Below, in pieces: positions 1 through 13,632 of a DNA stretch of 64,000 nt. Position 1 is the first letter of the stretch. Each line of letters opens with the position of its first letter. A program made the position numbers and the translations under genes. This DNA is from an uncultured Christensenellaceae bacterium. GTDB taxonomy: Bacteria; Bacillota; Clostridia; Christensenellales; UBA3700. The stretch covers positions 198,296-262,295 of the forward strand of contig CALWKS010000003.1 of assembly GCA_944381325.1 (NCBI GenBank), given 5' to 3'. The notes under the pieces are model-generated. The model saw nothing but the letters and a program-made list of their open reading frames with translations. It ran no database searches and was not told where the DNA came from.

Positions 1-1
1 C

Positions 2-646
2 ACTATAAGTGAGCCTGTAGAGGAAAAAGAACGCGTATCGGCAAGAAAAAAGAAAACATTCCGCGTTACGCTGAAAGCGACAATCAGCGCGTGCGCGGTA
101 TTCGTGCTGTACATTCTCACTGTATTTATCGCTATTCCTCTGAATATGAAAGCAGGCAGCGAGGATCCGGGAAGCGACTCTTCTCCCCCGCCTGATTCTT
201 ATTATGCGGTAAGTCTTGAGCTTCTTGACGAAATAAATCTGCCTGTTCAGAACGTGCCTGAGTTCTCGAAGATGAGCGGCTTGACTCTCGCTTATCTTGA
301 CGGAGTAACCTCTTTCAAAGGACTCTATCTCCACAATCAGGTGAGCGCATATAAATCGGTATACGAATACAACGGCTATACAGTAAACGTAATTCAATCT
401 GTATCGATGATCAGTATTATCGATTACGATCTGCAGATGTACGGCAACAACTATTTTAAGACTTATTTCTGCAAGGTTACACAGGATTATACCGCTGAAT
501 TTAAAGTTCATAAAACAGCTGACGGATTTATCGCAAAAGCCGTTATGCCTGACGGCAACCATATCTATCTGCTGACAAACGGAGACTCAGAAACTCTGAA
601 CGATATCGTAAAAGAAATGGAAAGCAACTTCAGATATTATGACTGA
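2..646 (+). CDS. hypothetical membrane-anchored protein, 5' end outside window
   Basis: The frame is open from the window edge into ORF 104..646. A basic stretch (RKKKTFR) precedes the hydrophobic helix ISACAVFVLYILTVFIAIPL, followed by a Ser/Pro linker and a globular domain. No family recognised. Confidence 0.5.
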   Translation, partial: TISEPVEEKERVSARKKKTFRVTLKATISACAVFVLYILTVFIAIPLNMKAGSEDPGSDSSPPPDSYYAVSLELLDEINLPVQNVPEFSKMSGLTLAYLDGVTSFKGLYLHNQVSAYKSVYEYNGYTVNVIQSVSMISIIDYDLQMYGNNYFKTYFCKVTQDYTAEFKVHKTADGFIAKAVMPDGNHIYLLTNGDSETLNDIVKEMESNFRYYD

Positions 647-720
647 ATTCAACAGTCTGCAAAAAGCCTTTCTTCCCTGCAATTCACCTGGACGTATTCC
701 GAAACAAAAATCATACAACT

Positions 721-756
721 CAAAAAAAGATACGGTGATTTCCCGTATCTTTTTTA
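721..756. terminator. bidirectional rho-independent terminator
   Basis: Stem AAAGATACGG / CCGTATCTTT is flanked by an A-run and a T-run. It lies between convergent genes ending at 646 (+) and 775 (-). Confidence 0.7.
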
Positions 757-774
757 CTAGTATTGAATTTCTTT

Positions 775-2910
775 TCAACCTTCGAACTGAGAATTGTAAA
801 GAGTTGCGTAGAAGCCGCCTTTTGCGAGCAGCTCTTCATGTCTGCCCTGCTCTATAACGTCGCCGTCGCGGAGCACGAGTATCTTATCCGCGTCGCGTAT
901 CGTAGACAGACGGTGCGCGATAATAAAGCTGGTCCTGCCCTGCATAAGTCTGTCCATAGCCTGCTGAATGAGTATCTCGGTACGCGTATCGACAGACGAC
1001 GTCGCTTCGTCCAGAATGAGGACTGTGGGGTCTGCAAGGATCGCACGCGCTATCGTAAGCAGCTGCTTCTGTCCCTGCGATATATTGTCAGCCTCTGTAT
1101 TTATCTCAAAGTCGTAACCACTGGGGAGAGTCTGAATAAAGTGGTCTGCACACGCAATTTTAGCCGCGCGTTTTACCTCTTCGTCTGTCGCGTCAAGTCT
1201 GCCGTAACGGATATTTTCCATGATCGTGCCGCTGAACAGCCAGGTATCCTGCAAGACCATACCCACTTCTTTTCTCAGCCCTTCACGGGTAAACGAGCGT
1301 ATGCTTTTGCCGTCAAGATAAATATCTCCGCCGTTGAGCTCGTAGAAGCGCATAAGAAGTTTTACGATAGTCGTCTTGCCTGCTCCCGTAGGTCCTACGA
1401 TGGCTATACGCTGACCTTTCTTTACATCGCAAGAGAAATCCTTGATGATTATCTTATCCTCCACATAGCCGAAGCGCACGTGGTCGAAAGTAACGTTGCC
1501 TTCAACGTTTTCAGGCTCAGCAGCTCCCGTCTCCTGTTCTTCAGGCTGCTCGAGGAAAGCGAATATTCTCTCAGCCGCCGCAACCGTGGACTGGAAGGTA
1601 TTGGCTATACCTGAAATCTGGTTTATAGGCTGATTGAACTGTCTTACGTACTGAATGTAAGACTGAATGTTACCTACCGTCATTTGTATGCCCGCGACAT
1701 TGCCGTTGAGAACGAACACGCCGCCAAGCACGCATGCAAGCACATAGTTGAGGTTGCCCACGAATTTCATAACAGGCATCATCATACCCGAGAAGAACTG
1801 AGAAGACCACGCTGAAGTATACAGCTTTGAATTGTAGTCAGCGAATTTCTCTATGCTCTTTTCTTCGCCGTTGAACAGACTGATGACGTTGTGTCCCGCG
1901 AACATTTCTTCGATATGACCGTTGACGTGTCCGAGGTATTCCTGCTGCATCAGGTAATAACGCTGAGAGCGCTTAATTATAAGCATTACTATAAACATCG
2001 AAACAGGCACGATAAGAAGGGTTATCAACGTGAGTATCCAGTTGATCGTAAACATCATTATCATGACGCCGATTATCGTAGTAATGCTGGTAACTATCTG
2101 CGACAAGCTCTGGTTGAGAGAGTTGGAGATCGCGTCAACGTCGTTGGTGATATAGCTCATTACTTCGCCGTTTGTCGTGGTGTCGTAGAACTTAAGCGGC
2201 AAAGAATCGATCTTATTGTTAATGTCGCGGCGGAAGCGGTATGAAACCCTCTGCGCAACTCCGGCAAGGAGCAGACCCTGCACATACGCAAGGATCGCCG
2301 ATACGCACACAAGTGCGACTATTTTTGTCAGGATAGAGACGATAAGATCCGTATTTATCTTCGGCGCTGACAAAAGCGAGGTGTTTTCTACCCTTGCGCG
2401 GTAAGATACCGCTAAACTGTCCAGCGAAGAGGTTGCACCCAATGCACGGAAAAGCTCTCCCACCGTCTCCGCCTCTTTGGCTTCGACAAGCGATGTCAGC
2501 TTGAGCGAAAGCATAGATTCGTCCACCTCAACGGGGATATAATCTTTTACGTCGTTTACGGTAAGGTCGGGATTTGCCTCGATAAACGCTTTCTGTTCTT
2601 CGGTAAATTCGGGTATCGACTGCTGTATCTGCACCGCGTTCTTATAGAACGTTTTGCTCATCGTTCCCGCAAGCAGTTCGTCTGTAGCTCCGCCCAGGAT
2701 ATCAGGTACGAGAAGGGTTGCGACAACGCTGAATATTGCCAGTACGAAAGCCGTGATTATTATCGCAAGGTCCTTGCGCATATAGCGCACTGTCTTTTTC
2801 AGAGTGCCGAAAAAGTCCTTTGCCTTTTCTCCCGGAATCGCTGCTCCGCCCGGACCGCCGTGTCCGCCCATAGGACCTCTTTTTTTCAAAGACATCTTCT
2901 TGTCTTTCAT
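775..2910 (-). CDS. ABC exporter, fused permease/ATPase subunit (heterodimer partner 2)
   Basis: ORF 775..2967 trimmed to ATG 2910 (SD GGAGGAGG upstream; ATGA overlap with the upstream stop). Walker A GPTGAGKTT, signature ISQGQKQ, Walker B LILDEATS. Long insert in the first extracellular loop. Confidence 0.88.
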   Translation of the reverse strand: MKDKKMSLKKRGPMGGHGGPGGAAIPGEKAKDFFGTLKKTVRYMRKDLAIIITAFVLAIFSVVATLLVPDILGGATDELLAGTMSKTFYKNAVQIQQSIPEFTEEQKAFIEANPDLTVNDVKDYIPVEVDESMLSLKLTSLVEAKEAETVGELFRALGATSSLDSLAVSYRARVENTSLLSAPKINTDLIVSILTKIVALVCVSAILAYVQGLLLAGVAQRVSYRFRRDINNKIDSLPLKFYDTTTNGEVMSYITNDVDAISNSLNQSLSQIVTSITTIIGVMIMMFTINWILTLITLLIVPVSMFIVMLIIKRSQRYYLMQQEYLGHVNGHIEEMFAGHNVISLFNGEEKSIEKFADYNSKLYTSAWSSQFFSGMMMPVMKFVGNLNYVLACVLGGVFVLNGNVAGIQMTVGNIQSYIQYVRQFNQPINQISGIANTFQSTVAAAERIFAFLEQPEEQETGAAEPENVEGNVTFDHVRFGYVEDKIIIKDFSCDVKKGQRIAIVGPTGAGKTTIVKLLMRFYELNGGDIYLDGKSIRSFTREGLRKEVGMVLQDTWLFSGTIMENIRYGRLDATDEEVKRAAKIACADHFIQTLPSGYDFEINTEADNISQGQKQLLTIARAILADPTVLILDEATSSVDTRTEILIQQAMDRLMQGRTSFIIAHRLSTIRDADKILVLRDGDVIEQGRHEELLAKGGFYATLYNSQFEG

Positions 2911-4640
2911 AATCCGAGTTCCTCCTCCGAGAGCTGCGATTTTGCAATATCCGCATAAACGGGGCAATTTTTAAGCAGTTCTTCGTGTCTGCCCTGTCCG
3001 ACAATTCTGCCGTCATCGAGCACGATTATCTTGTCGGCGTTCTTTATCGTGCCGACGCGTTGCGCAACCATAATAACGGTTGAGCCTGAAAGTTTTTCTT
3101 TTATTGCCTGTCTTAGGTTGGCGTCCGTCTTGAAGTCAAGCGCGCTGAAGCTGTCGTCGAACACATAGATAGGCGCGTTCTTAGCAATAGCGCGGGCGAT
3201 TGCGATACGCTGTTTCTGGCCGCCTGATACGTTGTCGCCACCCTGAGCGATCTCGCTGTCATATCCTTCCTCTTTAGCCTCGATAAACTCCTTCGCCTGA
3301 GCTATCTCTCCCGCTTCTTTCATTCTTTCGTCTGACATGGACGGGTCTGAATACTTGACGTTGGTCGCAATCGTGCCTGAGAAAAGTATATTCTTCTGAG
3401 GTACGAAACCGATATTAGCGCGCAGTTTCTTAAGGTCGAAATCTCTTATATCCACGCCGCCGATAGTGATCTTGCCTTCGGTTACGTCTGCAAGACGCGG
3501 CAGAAGGTTGACTATCGTAGATTTACCCGAGCCTGTGCTTCCGATAATTGCGAGGGTCTCTCCTTTCTTTACGGTAAAGCTGATATCCTCTATCGCTTCG
3601 GTTTCTCCGCCGTAGCTGTAACCCACCTTGTCAAATACGATATCTCCGTCAACAGGCGCGTCAACGGTGCTTTCTCTGTTCTTTACGCTGATAGGCGTAG
3701 TCAGCACTTCGCTTACTCTGCCAGCGGATACCGCCGCACGCGGCATAAGTACAAACGCCATAGACAGCATCATAAACGACATGATTATCTGCATCGCATA
3801 CTGAATAAACGCCATCATATTGGCAACCTGAGTTATATCCTCGGCAGTATAAGCTGCGATCCATACGACGGCTACCGAAACGCCGAACATGACAAGTGTT
3901 ATATACGGCGACAACAGCGCCATAACTCTGTATGCAAACAAGCTGGTCTTTGTAAGATCCTTGTTTGCCTTGTCGAAACGGTCTTCTTCGTATGCCTGAG
4001 TGTTGAAAGCTCTGATGACCATAAGACCGTTGAGTTCGTCGTTGGCGACCTGGTTTACGCGGTCTATCTGCTTCTGCAACACTTTGAACTTGGGCAGAAC
4101 GGTTATTATAAGCACCGCTACCAGCACGAGAAGCGTAGCAACAGCGACGCCGATAACGATGATCATAGAGCTCATGCCTTCGCTCATCTTTATCGCCTTG
4201 ATCACGCCGCCTACGCCCATGATAGGCGCATACATTACCATTCTGAGGAACATTACCGTAAAGGTCTGCACCTGAGTGATATCGTTGGTTGCTCTCGTGA
4301 TAAGAGAAGATATCGAGAACTTGTCGAATTCAGCGTTGGCAAAATTGCTTACCTTAAGGAATATATCCGTTCTCAGGTCTCTTGAAATAGCAGCCGCCGC
4401 CCTCGAAGCGAAAAAGCTTACGCAGACAGAAGACACGCTGCCCGCCAGAGCAACGCCGAGCATTATGAGCCCGTACTTGTATACCGTCTGCATATCTCCC
4501 ACGGCGATACCGTCTGCCACTATCTGCGACATATAGGTAGGCAGTTGCAGTTCACAGAGCGCCTCGCAAGTAAGAAAAGCAAGCGACCACAAGATGATCC
4601 ACCAATATCTGACGTAATATTTGATGATAGTCTTTGTCAA
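2907..4640 (-). CDS. ABC exporter, fused permease/ATPase subunit (heterodimer partner 1)
   Basis: Six-TM domain plus NBD: Walker A GSTGSGKST, signature VSGGQKQR, Walker B YVFDDSFSALD. Translationally coupled to the downstream paralog. Confidence 0.9.
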   Translation of the reverse strand: MTKTIIKYYVRYWWIILWSLAFLTCEALCELQLPTYMSQIVADGIAVGDMQTVYKYGLIMLGVALAGSVSSVCVSFFASRAAAAISRDLRTDIFLKVSNFANAEFDKFSISSLITRATNDITQVQTFTVMFLRMVMYAPIMGVGGVIKAIKMSEGMSSMIIVIGVAVATLLVLVAVLIITVLPKFKVLQKQIDRVNQVANDELNGLMVIRAFNTQAYEEDRFDKANKDLTKTSLFAYRVMALLSPYITLVMFGVSVAVVWIAAYTAEDITQVANMMAFIQYAMQIIMSFMMLSMAFVLMPRAAVSAGRVSEVLTTPISVKNRESTVDAPVDGDIVFDKVGYSYGGETEAIEDISFTVKKGETLAIIGSTGSGKSTIVNLLPRLADVTEGKITIGGVDIRDFDLKKLRANIGFVPQKNILFSGTIATNVKYSDPSMSDERMKEAGEIAQAKEFIEAKEEGYDSEIAQGGDNVSGGQKQRIAIARAIAKNAPIYVFDDSFSALDFKTDANLRQAIKEKLSGSTVIMVAQRVGTIKNADKIIVLDDGRIVGQGRHEELLKNCPVYADIAKSQLSEEELGL

Positions 4641-5127
4641 TTTTACTCTCCGACGCTTTCCCCTTAAAGGAAAAAGTTAAAAAATTATTGCATTAATCAT
4701 TGTACTACACGTGTGCGTAATTGTAAACCTGCGAATCTGCGCATATTGCCAAATCTTGGTAAATTTCTGATTAAAATAGTATTAAAGTTCCACTTTCAGA
4801 CGTAAAATGTCGCTTAACCTTTCGAAATATCTATAAAACTACGATAGCTGCATTAGATACGATTTATATTGATATATAATATTATAATATTTGCGCAACG
4901 CGTAAAGAGTGCCTTTTACAGCTTTTAATCTTATTAAAATTACTAATAAATTTTCTAATCCGTTCTGCCCTGCGCTCGACGACCTTAAATCCGTAATGTA
5001 TTTATTTAAATACAATATTTGTTAACCAGATTGATAATATCCGCTTTAAACGCAAACAAACACTTCAATAAACACATTAATAAATGCTCAACCAAACCGA
5101 ATTACTTGCCCTCGACAGTAAAAGCAT

Positions 5128-5155
5128 AAAAAAACCGCTCCGTTTCCGGAGCGGT
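5128..5155 (-). terminator. rho-independent terminator after rpsI
   Basis: Stem CCGCTCCG / CGGAGCGG with a 4-nt loop. The A-run on plus gives a U-tail on minus, 20 nt downstream of the rpsI stop. Confidence 0.8.
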
Positions 5156-5174
5156 ATAAATTGCGATAATCTTG

Positions 5175-5588
5175 TTATCTCTTGCTGAACTGCGGAGCCT
5201 TTCTTGCTTTCTTCAAGCCGTACTTCTTTCTCTCCTTGGTTCTGGAATCTCTGGTCAGGAAGCCTGCCTTCTTGAGATCAGCCTTGTAAGCTTCGTCTGC
5301 GAGAACGAGAGCTCTTGCGATACCGTGTCTGATAGCGCCTGCCTGTCCGGTGAAACCGCCGCCGCAAACGTTTACGTATACGTCGAACTTACCTGCTGCT
5401 TCAACCAGCTCAAGGGGCTGACGTACGATGAGTTTGAGCGTATCGAGACCGAAGTAGTTGTCAATATCTCTCTTATTGATAGTGATAGCACCGTTGCCGC
5501 CGGGGATAAGTCTTACTCTTGCGATAGCCTTCTTTCTTCTGCCGGTACCCCAGTACTGAACCTTTTTCTTAGTCTTTTTAGTAGCCAT
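5175..5588 (-). CDS. rpsI: 30S ribosomal protein S9 (uS9)
   Basis: [12 protein letters not shown] near the N-terminus; C-terminal [12 protein letters not shown] is typical of uS9. Follows rplM as in the conserved operon. Confidence 0.95.
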   Translation of the reverse strand: MATKKTKKKVQYWGTGRRKKAIARVRLIPGGNGAITINKRDIDNYFGLDTLKLIVRQPLELVEAAGKFDVYVNVCGGGFTGQAGAIRHGIARALVLADEAYKADLKKAGFLTRDSRTKERKKYGLKKARKAPQFSKR

Positions 5589-5606
5589 ATCTCTTTACGC
5601 TCCTTA

Positions 5607-6035
5607 TTAGAATTTCAATTCTTCGGGCTGCTGTGCCTGATGATTGTGCTCTGCGCCAGCGTAAACTCTGAGATGCTTAAGCATCTTTCTGCCGAGCGAG
5701 TTCTTGGGAAGCATACCCTTTACAGCGAGCATAACTGCGGCTTCGGGCTTGGTTTCCATAAGTTTCTTGTACTGAATCTGCTTGAGACCTCCGACGTAAC
5801 CGGTGTGATAGGTGTGGAATTTCTTCTCCAGTTTCTTACCTGTCAGAACGACTTTTGAGCAGTTGATAACGATGACGTTGTCGCCGGTATCGACGTTGGG
5901 GGTGTAAGTCGGCTTATTCTTGCCTTTGAGAACTGAAGCTACGTTGCTTGCCAGTCTACCGAGTACCATATCGGTAGCGTCTACAACATACCACTTCTTC
6001 TGAATCTCTTCCGGCTTAGCCATATATGTCTTCAT
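5607..6035 (-). CDS. rplM: 50S ribosomal protein L13 (uL13)
   Basis: ORF trimmed to [20 protein letters not shown] (SD GGAGGT upstream); VLGRLAS motif; 142 aa. Confidence 0.95.
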   Translation of the reverse strand: MKTYMAKPEEIQKKWYVVDATDMVLGRLASNVASVLKGKNKPTYTPNVDTGDNVIVINCSKVVLTGKKLEKKFHTYHTGYVGGLKQIQYKKLMETKPEAAVMLAVKGMLPKNSLGRKMLKHLRVYAGAEHNHQAQQPEELKF

Positions 6036-6124
6036 GGTGAGACCTCCGTGTATTATTCTTTGACTTGCGCGAGCCATCGCAAAAGAGGGGCTATTCTTGA
6101 GCGTTTTTTCGTGCGTGCGTATTT

Positions 6125-6153
6125 ATATTATCAGTAAAGCTTTGGCTTGTCAA
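6125..6153 (-). promoter_or_regulatory. sigma-A type promoter candidate for rplM-rpsI (TTGACA-17-TAATAT)
   Basis: On the minus strand, TTGACA (6153..6148), a 17-nt spacer, then TAATAT (6130..6125). Predicts a leader of about 80 nt. Confidence 0.65.
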
Positions 6154-6222
6154 CGGTTTTTCAACGCGTTTTGAGAATTTTTTACAAAATTTTCGCGCGG
6201 CAAAAGACAAATAAATATGATA

Positions 6223-6978
6223 TCAGATATTATCGTATCCTTCGTAATACACCTTTTCAAGATACAATCCGCACCCTTCGAGGGTCTTGCCTGCGTCGCT
6301 TCTTTTTCTGCTCTTTATTATCTCGGGTATCTGCTCAAGCGTAAAACGTCCTCTGCCGAGATCGATAAGCGTACCCGTTATCGCACGCACCATATTGTGA
6401 AGAAAGCCGTTGCCCGTATAATAAAAATCAAGCTGTCTGCCCTCTTCTGAAACCTCGATATGCATATCGTAAATCGTCCTTACAGTAGTTTTCACCTGCG
6501 CGCCCGAAAGCATAAAACTTCTGAAATCGTGCTCCCCGATAAAATACTGACACGCCTTCTGCATAAGCGGCACGTCGAGATCGTAAAAACACACGTGATT
6601 ATACTTCTGTTTGAGAGGGCTGTGGATCTTTGAAAGATAAACGCGGTAAACATAAGTCTTTTTCTTTGCGCCGAAACGCGCGTGGAAATTTTCGTCCACC
6701 TTTACGCATTTTTTTATCGCTATGTCGGTAGGAAGAAGCGGATTCATTCTCCAGCCGAAGTCTGAACAGTCTATCTCAACGTTGCTGTCGAAATGCACCA
6801 CCTGTCCTCTTGCGTGAACGCCCGCATCCGTTCTGCCGCTCGCTATTATCGTAACGCCGTGCTGCAACTTAAGAGAAAGCGCATCCTCAAGCGACTGCTG
6901 CACCGAAGGCAGTCCGTTCTGTCTCTGGAATCCGTGATAATTCGTGCCGTCGTATTCTATTACCAAAGCGTATCTCAT
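6223..6978 (-). CDS. truA: tRNA pseudouridine(38-40) synthase TruA
   Basis: MRYALVIEYDGTNYHGFQRQ and GRTDAGVHA (catalytic Asp). One-nt stop/start overlap with ecfT. Confidence 0.93.
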   Translation of the reverse strand: MRYALVIEYDGTNYHGFQRQNGLPSVQQSLEDALSLKLQHGVTIIASGRTDAGVHARGQVVHFDSNVEIDCSDFGWRMNPLLPTDIAIKKCVKVDENFHARFGAKKKTYVYRVYLSKIHSPLKQKYNHVCFYDLDVPLMQKACQYFIGEHDFRSFMLSGAQVKTTVRTIYDMHIEVSEEGRQLDFYYTGNGFLHNMVRAITGTLIDLGRGRFTLEQIPEIIKSRKRSDAGKTLEGCGLYLEKVYYEGYDNI

Positions 6979-7826
6979 CAGCTGAACAACCCCTTGAAGA
7001 ATTCGACGATATACTTATCTACGCCGCCTGCAAGATATTTGTCGAGGAAAATAAGCGTTGCAAAAGCCGCTACGATCAGAAAAGCTATCAGGTCTTTCCA
7101 TGAAAGTCTGAGCACTTTCATCTTTGTGCGGCGGTCGGTCGCGTTGTAACAACGTGCGTCCAAGGCGTCCGCAAGCTCGTCCGCCCTTCTGATCGCGCTT
7201 ACGAAAAGCGGTATCAGCACGGGGAGCATAGCCTTGACTTTCTTTACGAGTCCGCCCGTGTCGATCTCTGCTCCTCTCGCCTTCTGAGCCATCATTATTT
7301 TATCCGTTTCGTCCATAAGACCGGGGATAAATCTGAGCGCAATGCTCATTATCAGCGCGATGTCGTGTACGGGCACGCCGATATACTTGAGCGGCTTCAA
7401 AAGACTTTCTATCGCGTCGGTGAGCTCCATAGGCGTGGTCGTGAAAGAAAGAAGAGACGTTCCCATCACGAGAAGAGATATTCTGAGAGCCATTTTGATA
7501 GCAAAGTCAATGCCTCCCAGAGTGATTTTTATCTTCCACCACTCGAACAGCACCTTGCCGCTGTCGTAGAAGAATATATTGATAATGGCCGTGAAAAGCA
7601 TTATAAACAGTATTGCTTTCACGCTTTTGAGCACGTTTTTTACCGATATTCTGGAAACAAGGCAGACGAAAACGAGAAAAAGCGCAACAAGCGCGTAAGC
7701 CGCATAGGAAACGACAAAGAAAATCGTTACCATAAAGATGATGGAAAAAATCACCTTTGCGCGCGGATCGAGTCTGTGCACTATAGAGCCGGTGGGATAA
7801 TACTGCCCGAAAGATACGTCTCTCAT
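6978..7826 (-). CDS. ecfT: energy-coupling factor transporter transmembrane subunit EcfT
   Basis: Polytopic membrane protein with an ARG-containing coupling helix (MAQKARGAE). Position after two EcfA ATPases; ATGA overlap with ecfA2. Confidence 0.88.
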   Translation of the reverse strand: MRDVSFGQYYPTGSIVHRLDPRAKVIFSIIFMVTIFFVVSYAAYALVALFLVFVCLVSRISVKNVLKSVKAILFIMLFTAIINIFFYDSGKVLFEWWKIKITLGGIDFAIKMALRISLLVMGTSLLSFTTTPMELTDAIESLLKPLKYIGVPVHDIALIMSIALRFIPGLMDETDKIMMAQKARGAEIDTGGLVKKVKAMLPVLIPLFVSAIRRADELADALDARCYNATDRRTKMKVLRLSWKDLIAFLIVAAFATLIFLDKYLAGGVDKYIVEFFKGLFS

Positions 7827-8782
7827 CCTTTATCCTCCCCGTCTTTTCCGTCCTCAGCGACCTCGTTTTTGAATTCGAATGCGCTGAAGTTTATGTTTTC
7901 GTTAACCGTTTTGTCTATATGTTTTTTATTGTATGCTTTCACTATCGCGTGCAGAAGATCGTTGAGAGAAACGATGTCTCCTTCAAGCTCAACGCCTCTT
8001 TTTCTCAGCTTGTCCGCGATCCTTACCGCCTTGGGTATTTCAAGTCCTACCGAGTGCAGTTCGTCGGCATGTCTGAACAGTTCGTTCATAGGAAGATCAA
8101 ACATTACCTTGCCGTCGTTGAACACTATTATACGGCTGGCAAACCTTGTGATTTCGTCCACGTCGTGAGATATGACTATGACCGTGGGAGAACATTCCTT
8201 CTTAAGGTGAGTGATAAGCGAAAGTATCTGCTCTTTTCCGTACGGGTCGAGACCTGCGGTAGGCTCGTCAAGTATAAGCACTTTGGGCTGCATTGCTATT
8301 ATTCCCGCAATAGCGACCCTTCTTTTCTGTCCGCCTGAGAGTTCGAACGGCGCGCGGTCTTTTATATCTTCGTAATCGAGGCCGACAAGCTCTATCGCAC
8401 GTTTAACGCGTTTTGCCACCTCTTCGTCGTCAAGCCCCATATTCTTAGGACCGAAAGCAACGTCTTTTGCAACCGTGTCTTCAAAAAGCTGATATTCGGG
8501 ATACTGGAATACCATTCCCACGGTGCCGCGCAATCTTCTCAAATCGCTCTTGTTTTTCTTGTCGGGAACTAATTTTATATCGAAAACGTCTATCTCTCCG
8601 CTCTGCAGTTTATACAGACCGTTAAGATGCATGATAAAAGTGCTCTTACCGCTGCCGGTATGTCCAATTATACCCAGGAAATCGCCTTCGTTTATCGTGA
8701 GATTTACGCCTTTGAGCGCGTGTCTTTCAAAAGGAGTGCGCGCGCTATACGTATAATTGAGGTCTTTTACAACAATCTGCAT
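7823..8782 (-). CDS. ecfA2: ECF transporter ATPase EcfA2
   Basis: Walker A GHTGSGKST, LSGGQKRR, Walker B LILDEPTAGLD. Carries an acidic C-terminal tail of about 35 aa. Confidence 0.9.
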   Translation of the reverse strand: MQIVVKDLNYTYSARTPFERHALKGVNLTINEGDFLGIIGHTGSGKSTFIMHLNGLYKLQSGEIDVFDIKLVPDKKNKSDLRRLRGTVGMVFQYPEYQLFEDTVAKDVAFGPKNMGLDDEEVAKRVKRAIELVGLDYEDIKDRAPFELSGGQKRRVAIAGIIAMQPKVLILDEPTAGLDPYGKEQILSLITHLKKECSPTVIVISHDVDEITRFASRIIVFNDGKVMFDLPMNELFRHADELHSVGLEIPKAVRIADKLRKRGVELEGDIVSLNDLLHAIVKAYNKKHIDKTVNENINFSAFEFKNEVAEDGKDGEDKG

Positions 8783-9606
8783 AAGCTGTCTACAAGTTCC
8801 TCCTCATCCGTAATGCGCGGATCTACCGCAATTCCCGCTTCTGAAAGCGTAACCGCAAGCTGAGTTACGCAAGGCACACCCAGTTTGATTTTTGTAAGCA
8901 ATTTATGTTCTGCAAAAACTTCAGAAGGCTTTCCGTCAAGCACGACTTTGCCGTCGTTCATAACTATAAGTCTGTCCGCGTCCAGCGCTTCGTCCATATA
9001 GTGCGTGATATGGATAACCGTCATTTTCTCTTCGCGGTTGAGCTGCTTTACGACATTCATCACCTCGTCTCTGCCCTTCGGGTCGAGCATCGCGGTGGAT
9101 TCGTCCAGCACCATAACGCGCGGCTTGATCGCAAGAATACCCGCTATGGCAAGTCTCTGCTTCTGTCCTCCGCTCATCTTGAAAGGAGTAGCGTTTCTGA
9201 ACTCGCTCATCCCCACTTTCTCAAGCGCCCAGTCAACGCGGCGGATTATCTCTTCGCGCGGAACTCCGAGGTTTTCAGGTCCGAAGGCTATATCGTCCTC
9301 AACGTTTGTCGCGATCATCTGATTGTCGGGATTCTGAAAGACCATACCCACGCTCGAGCGCACGTCGAAAATCTTCTTGTCGTCCGCAGTGTCAACGCCG
9401 TAGACAAGCACTCTTCCGCCCGTAGGAGTAAGCAAGCCGTTGAGCAGTTTCGCCAGCGTGGATTTTCCGCTGCCGTTATGCCCGACAAGCGCGACAAAAG
9501 TGCCTTCCTCTATCTCAAGAGAAACGCCGTTTACCGCCTTATGCTCCTCTCCCTCGTTCATAGGGTAGGAAAATGATACGTTTTCCAGTTTAATAGCAGT
9601 TGCCAT
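8767..9606 (-). CDS. ecfA1: ECF transporter ATPase EcfA1
   Basis: Walker A GHNGSGKST, MSGGQKQR, Walker B MVLDESTAMLD. SD GAGGT upstream of ATG 9606. Confidence 0.9.
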   Translation of the reverse strand: MATAIKLENVSFSYPMNEGEEHKAVNGVSLEIEEGTFVALVGHNGSGKSTLAKLLNGLLTPTGGRVLVYGVDTADDKKIFDVRSSVGMVFQNPDNQMIATNVEDDIAFGPENLGVPREEIIRRVDWALEKVGMSEFRNATPFKMSGGQKQRLAIAGILAIKPRVMVLDESTAMLDPKGRDEVMNVVKQLNREEKMTVIHITHYMDEALDADRLIVMNDGKVVLDGKPSEVFAEHKLLTKIKLGVPCVTQLAVTLSEAGIAVDPRITDEEELVDSLCRLL

Positions 9607-9929
9607 TCTGACCTCACAATATCAAAGAGTATATCATATCCTGCCGTAAATCGCAAATATTTAGCATAAACTTGCGCGCCCGACGCGCGTTTTGTCTTAA
9701 TGCGCAACCACTATCCCCGTCAAAGTTTCTCCAACCGTGAATATTTGCCTTTATTCAGACTATTGGCGCGACATTCATTGTCCGCTTAAAAGCTATAATG
9801 AACCACTGTAAGGGCTTCACTTTTCAACGCCTCAATTTTTCCTTTATAGACAGTCTGACAGTCCTTATACTCACCTTAAGATTAGGTTAAATTTTTTGCG
9901 ATCGCCCGCAAGTTATTGAGCAAAATCCA

Positions 9930-9958
9930 TTGACTTGCAAAATCCAATCCTATATAAT
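9930..9958 (+). promoter_or_regulatory. sigma-A type promoter candidate for PFOR (TTGACT-17-TATAAT)
   Basis: TTGACT 9930..9935, 17-nt spacer, TATAAT 9953..9958, about 80 nt upstream of the start codon. Confidence 0.7.
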
Positions 9959-9988
9959 TACATATGTATGTGAAAGATAATAATATAA

Positions 9989-13564
<3,576 letters not shown>

Positions 13565-13602
13565 TAAATCATAAGGGACACCGATATTTAAATCGCTAAA
13601 TC

Positions 13603-13632
13603 AAAAAGCCGCTCAATCGAGCGGCTTTTTTC
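13603..13632 (+). terminator. rho-independent terminator after PFOR
   Basis: AAAAAGCCGCTC aatc GAGCGGCTTTTTT. Confidence 0.85.

Noticed and set aside
763-1614. 283-aa plus-strand ORF antisense to the ABC exporter NBD
   Set aside because: Shadow ORF opposite clear Walker/signature motifs. It has no SD and a low-complexity R/L/C-rich translation.
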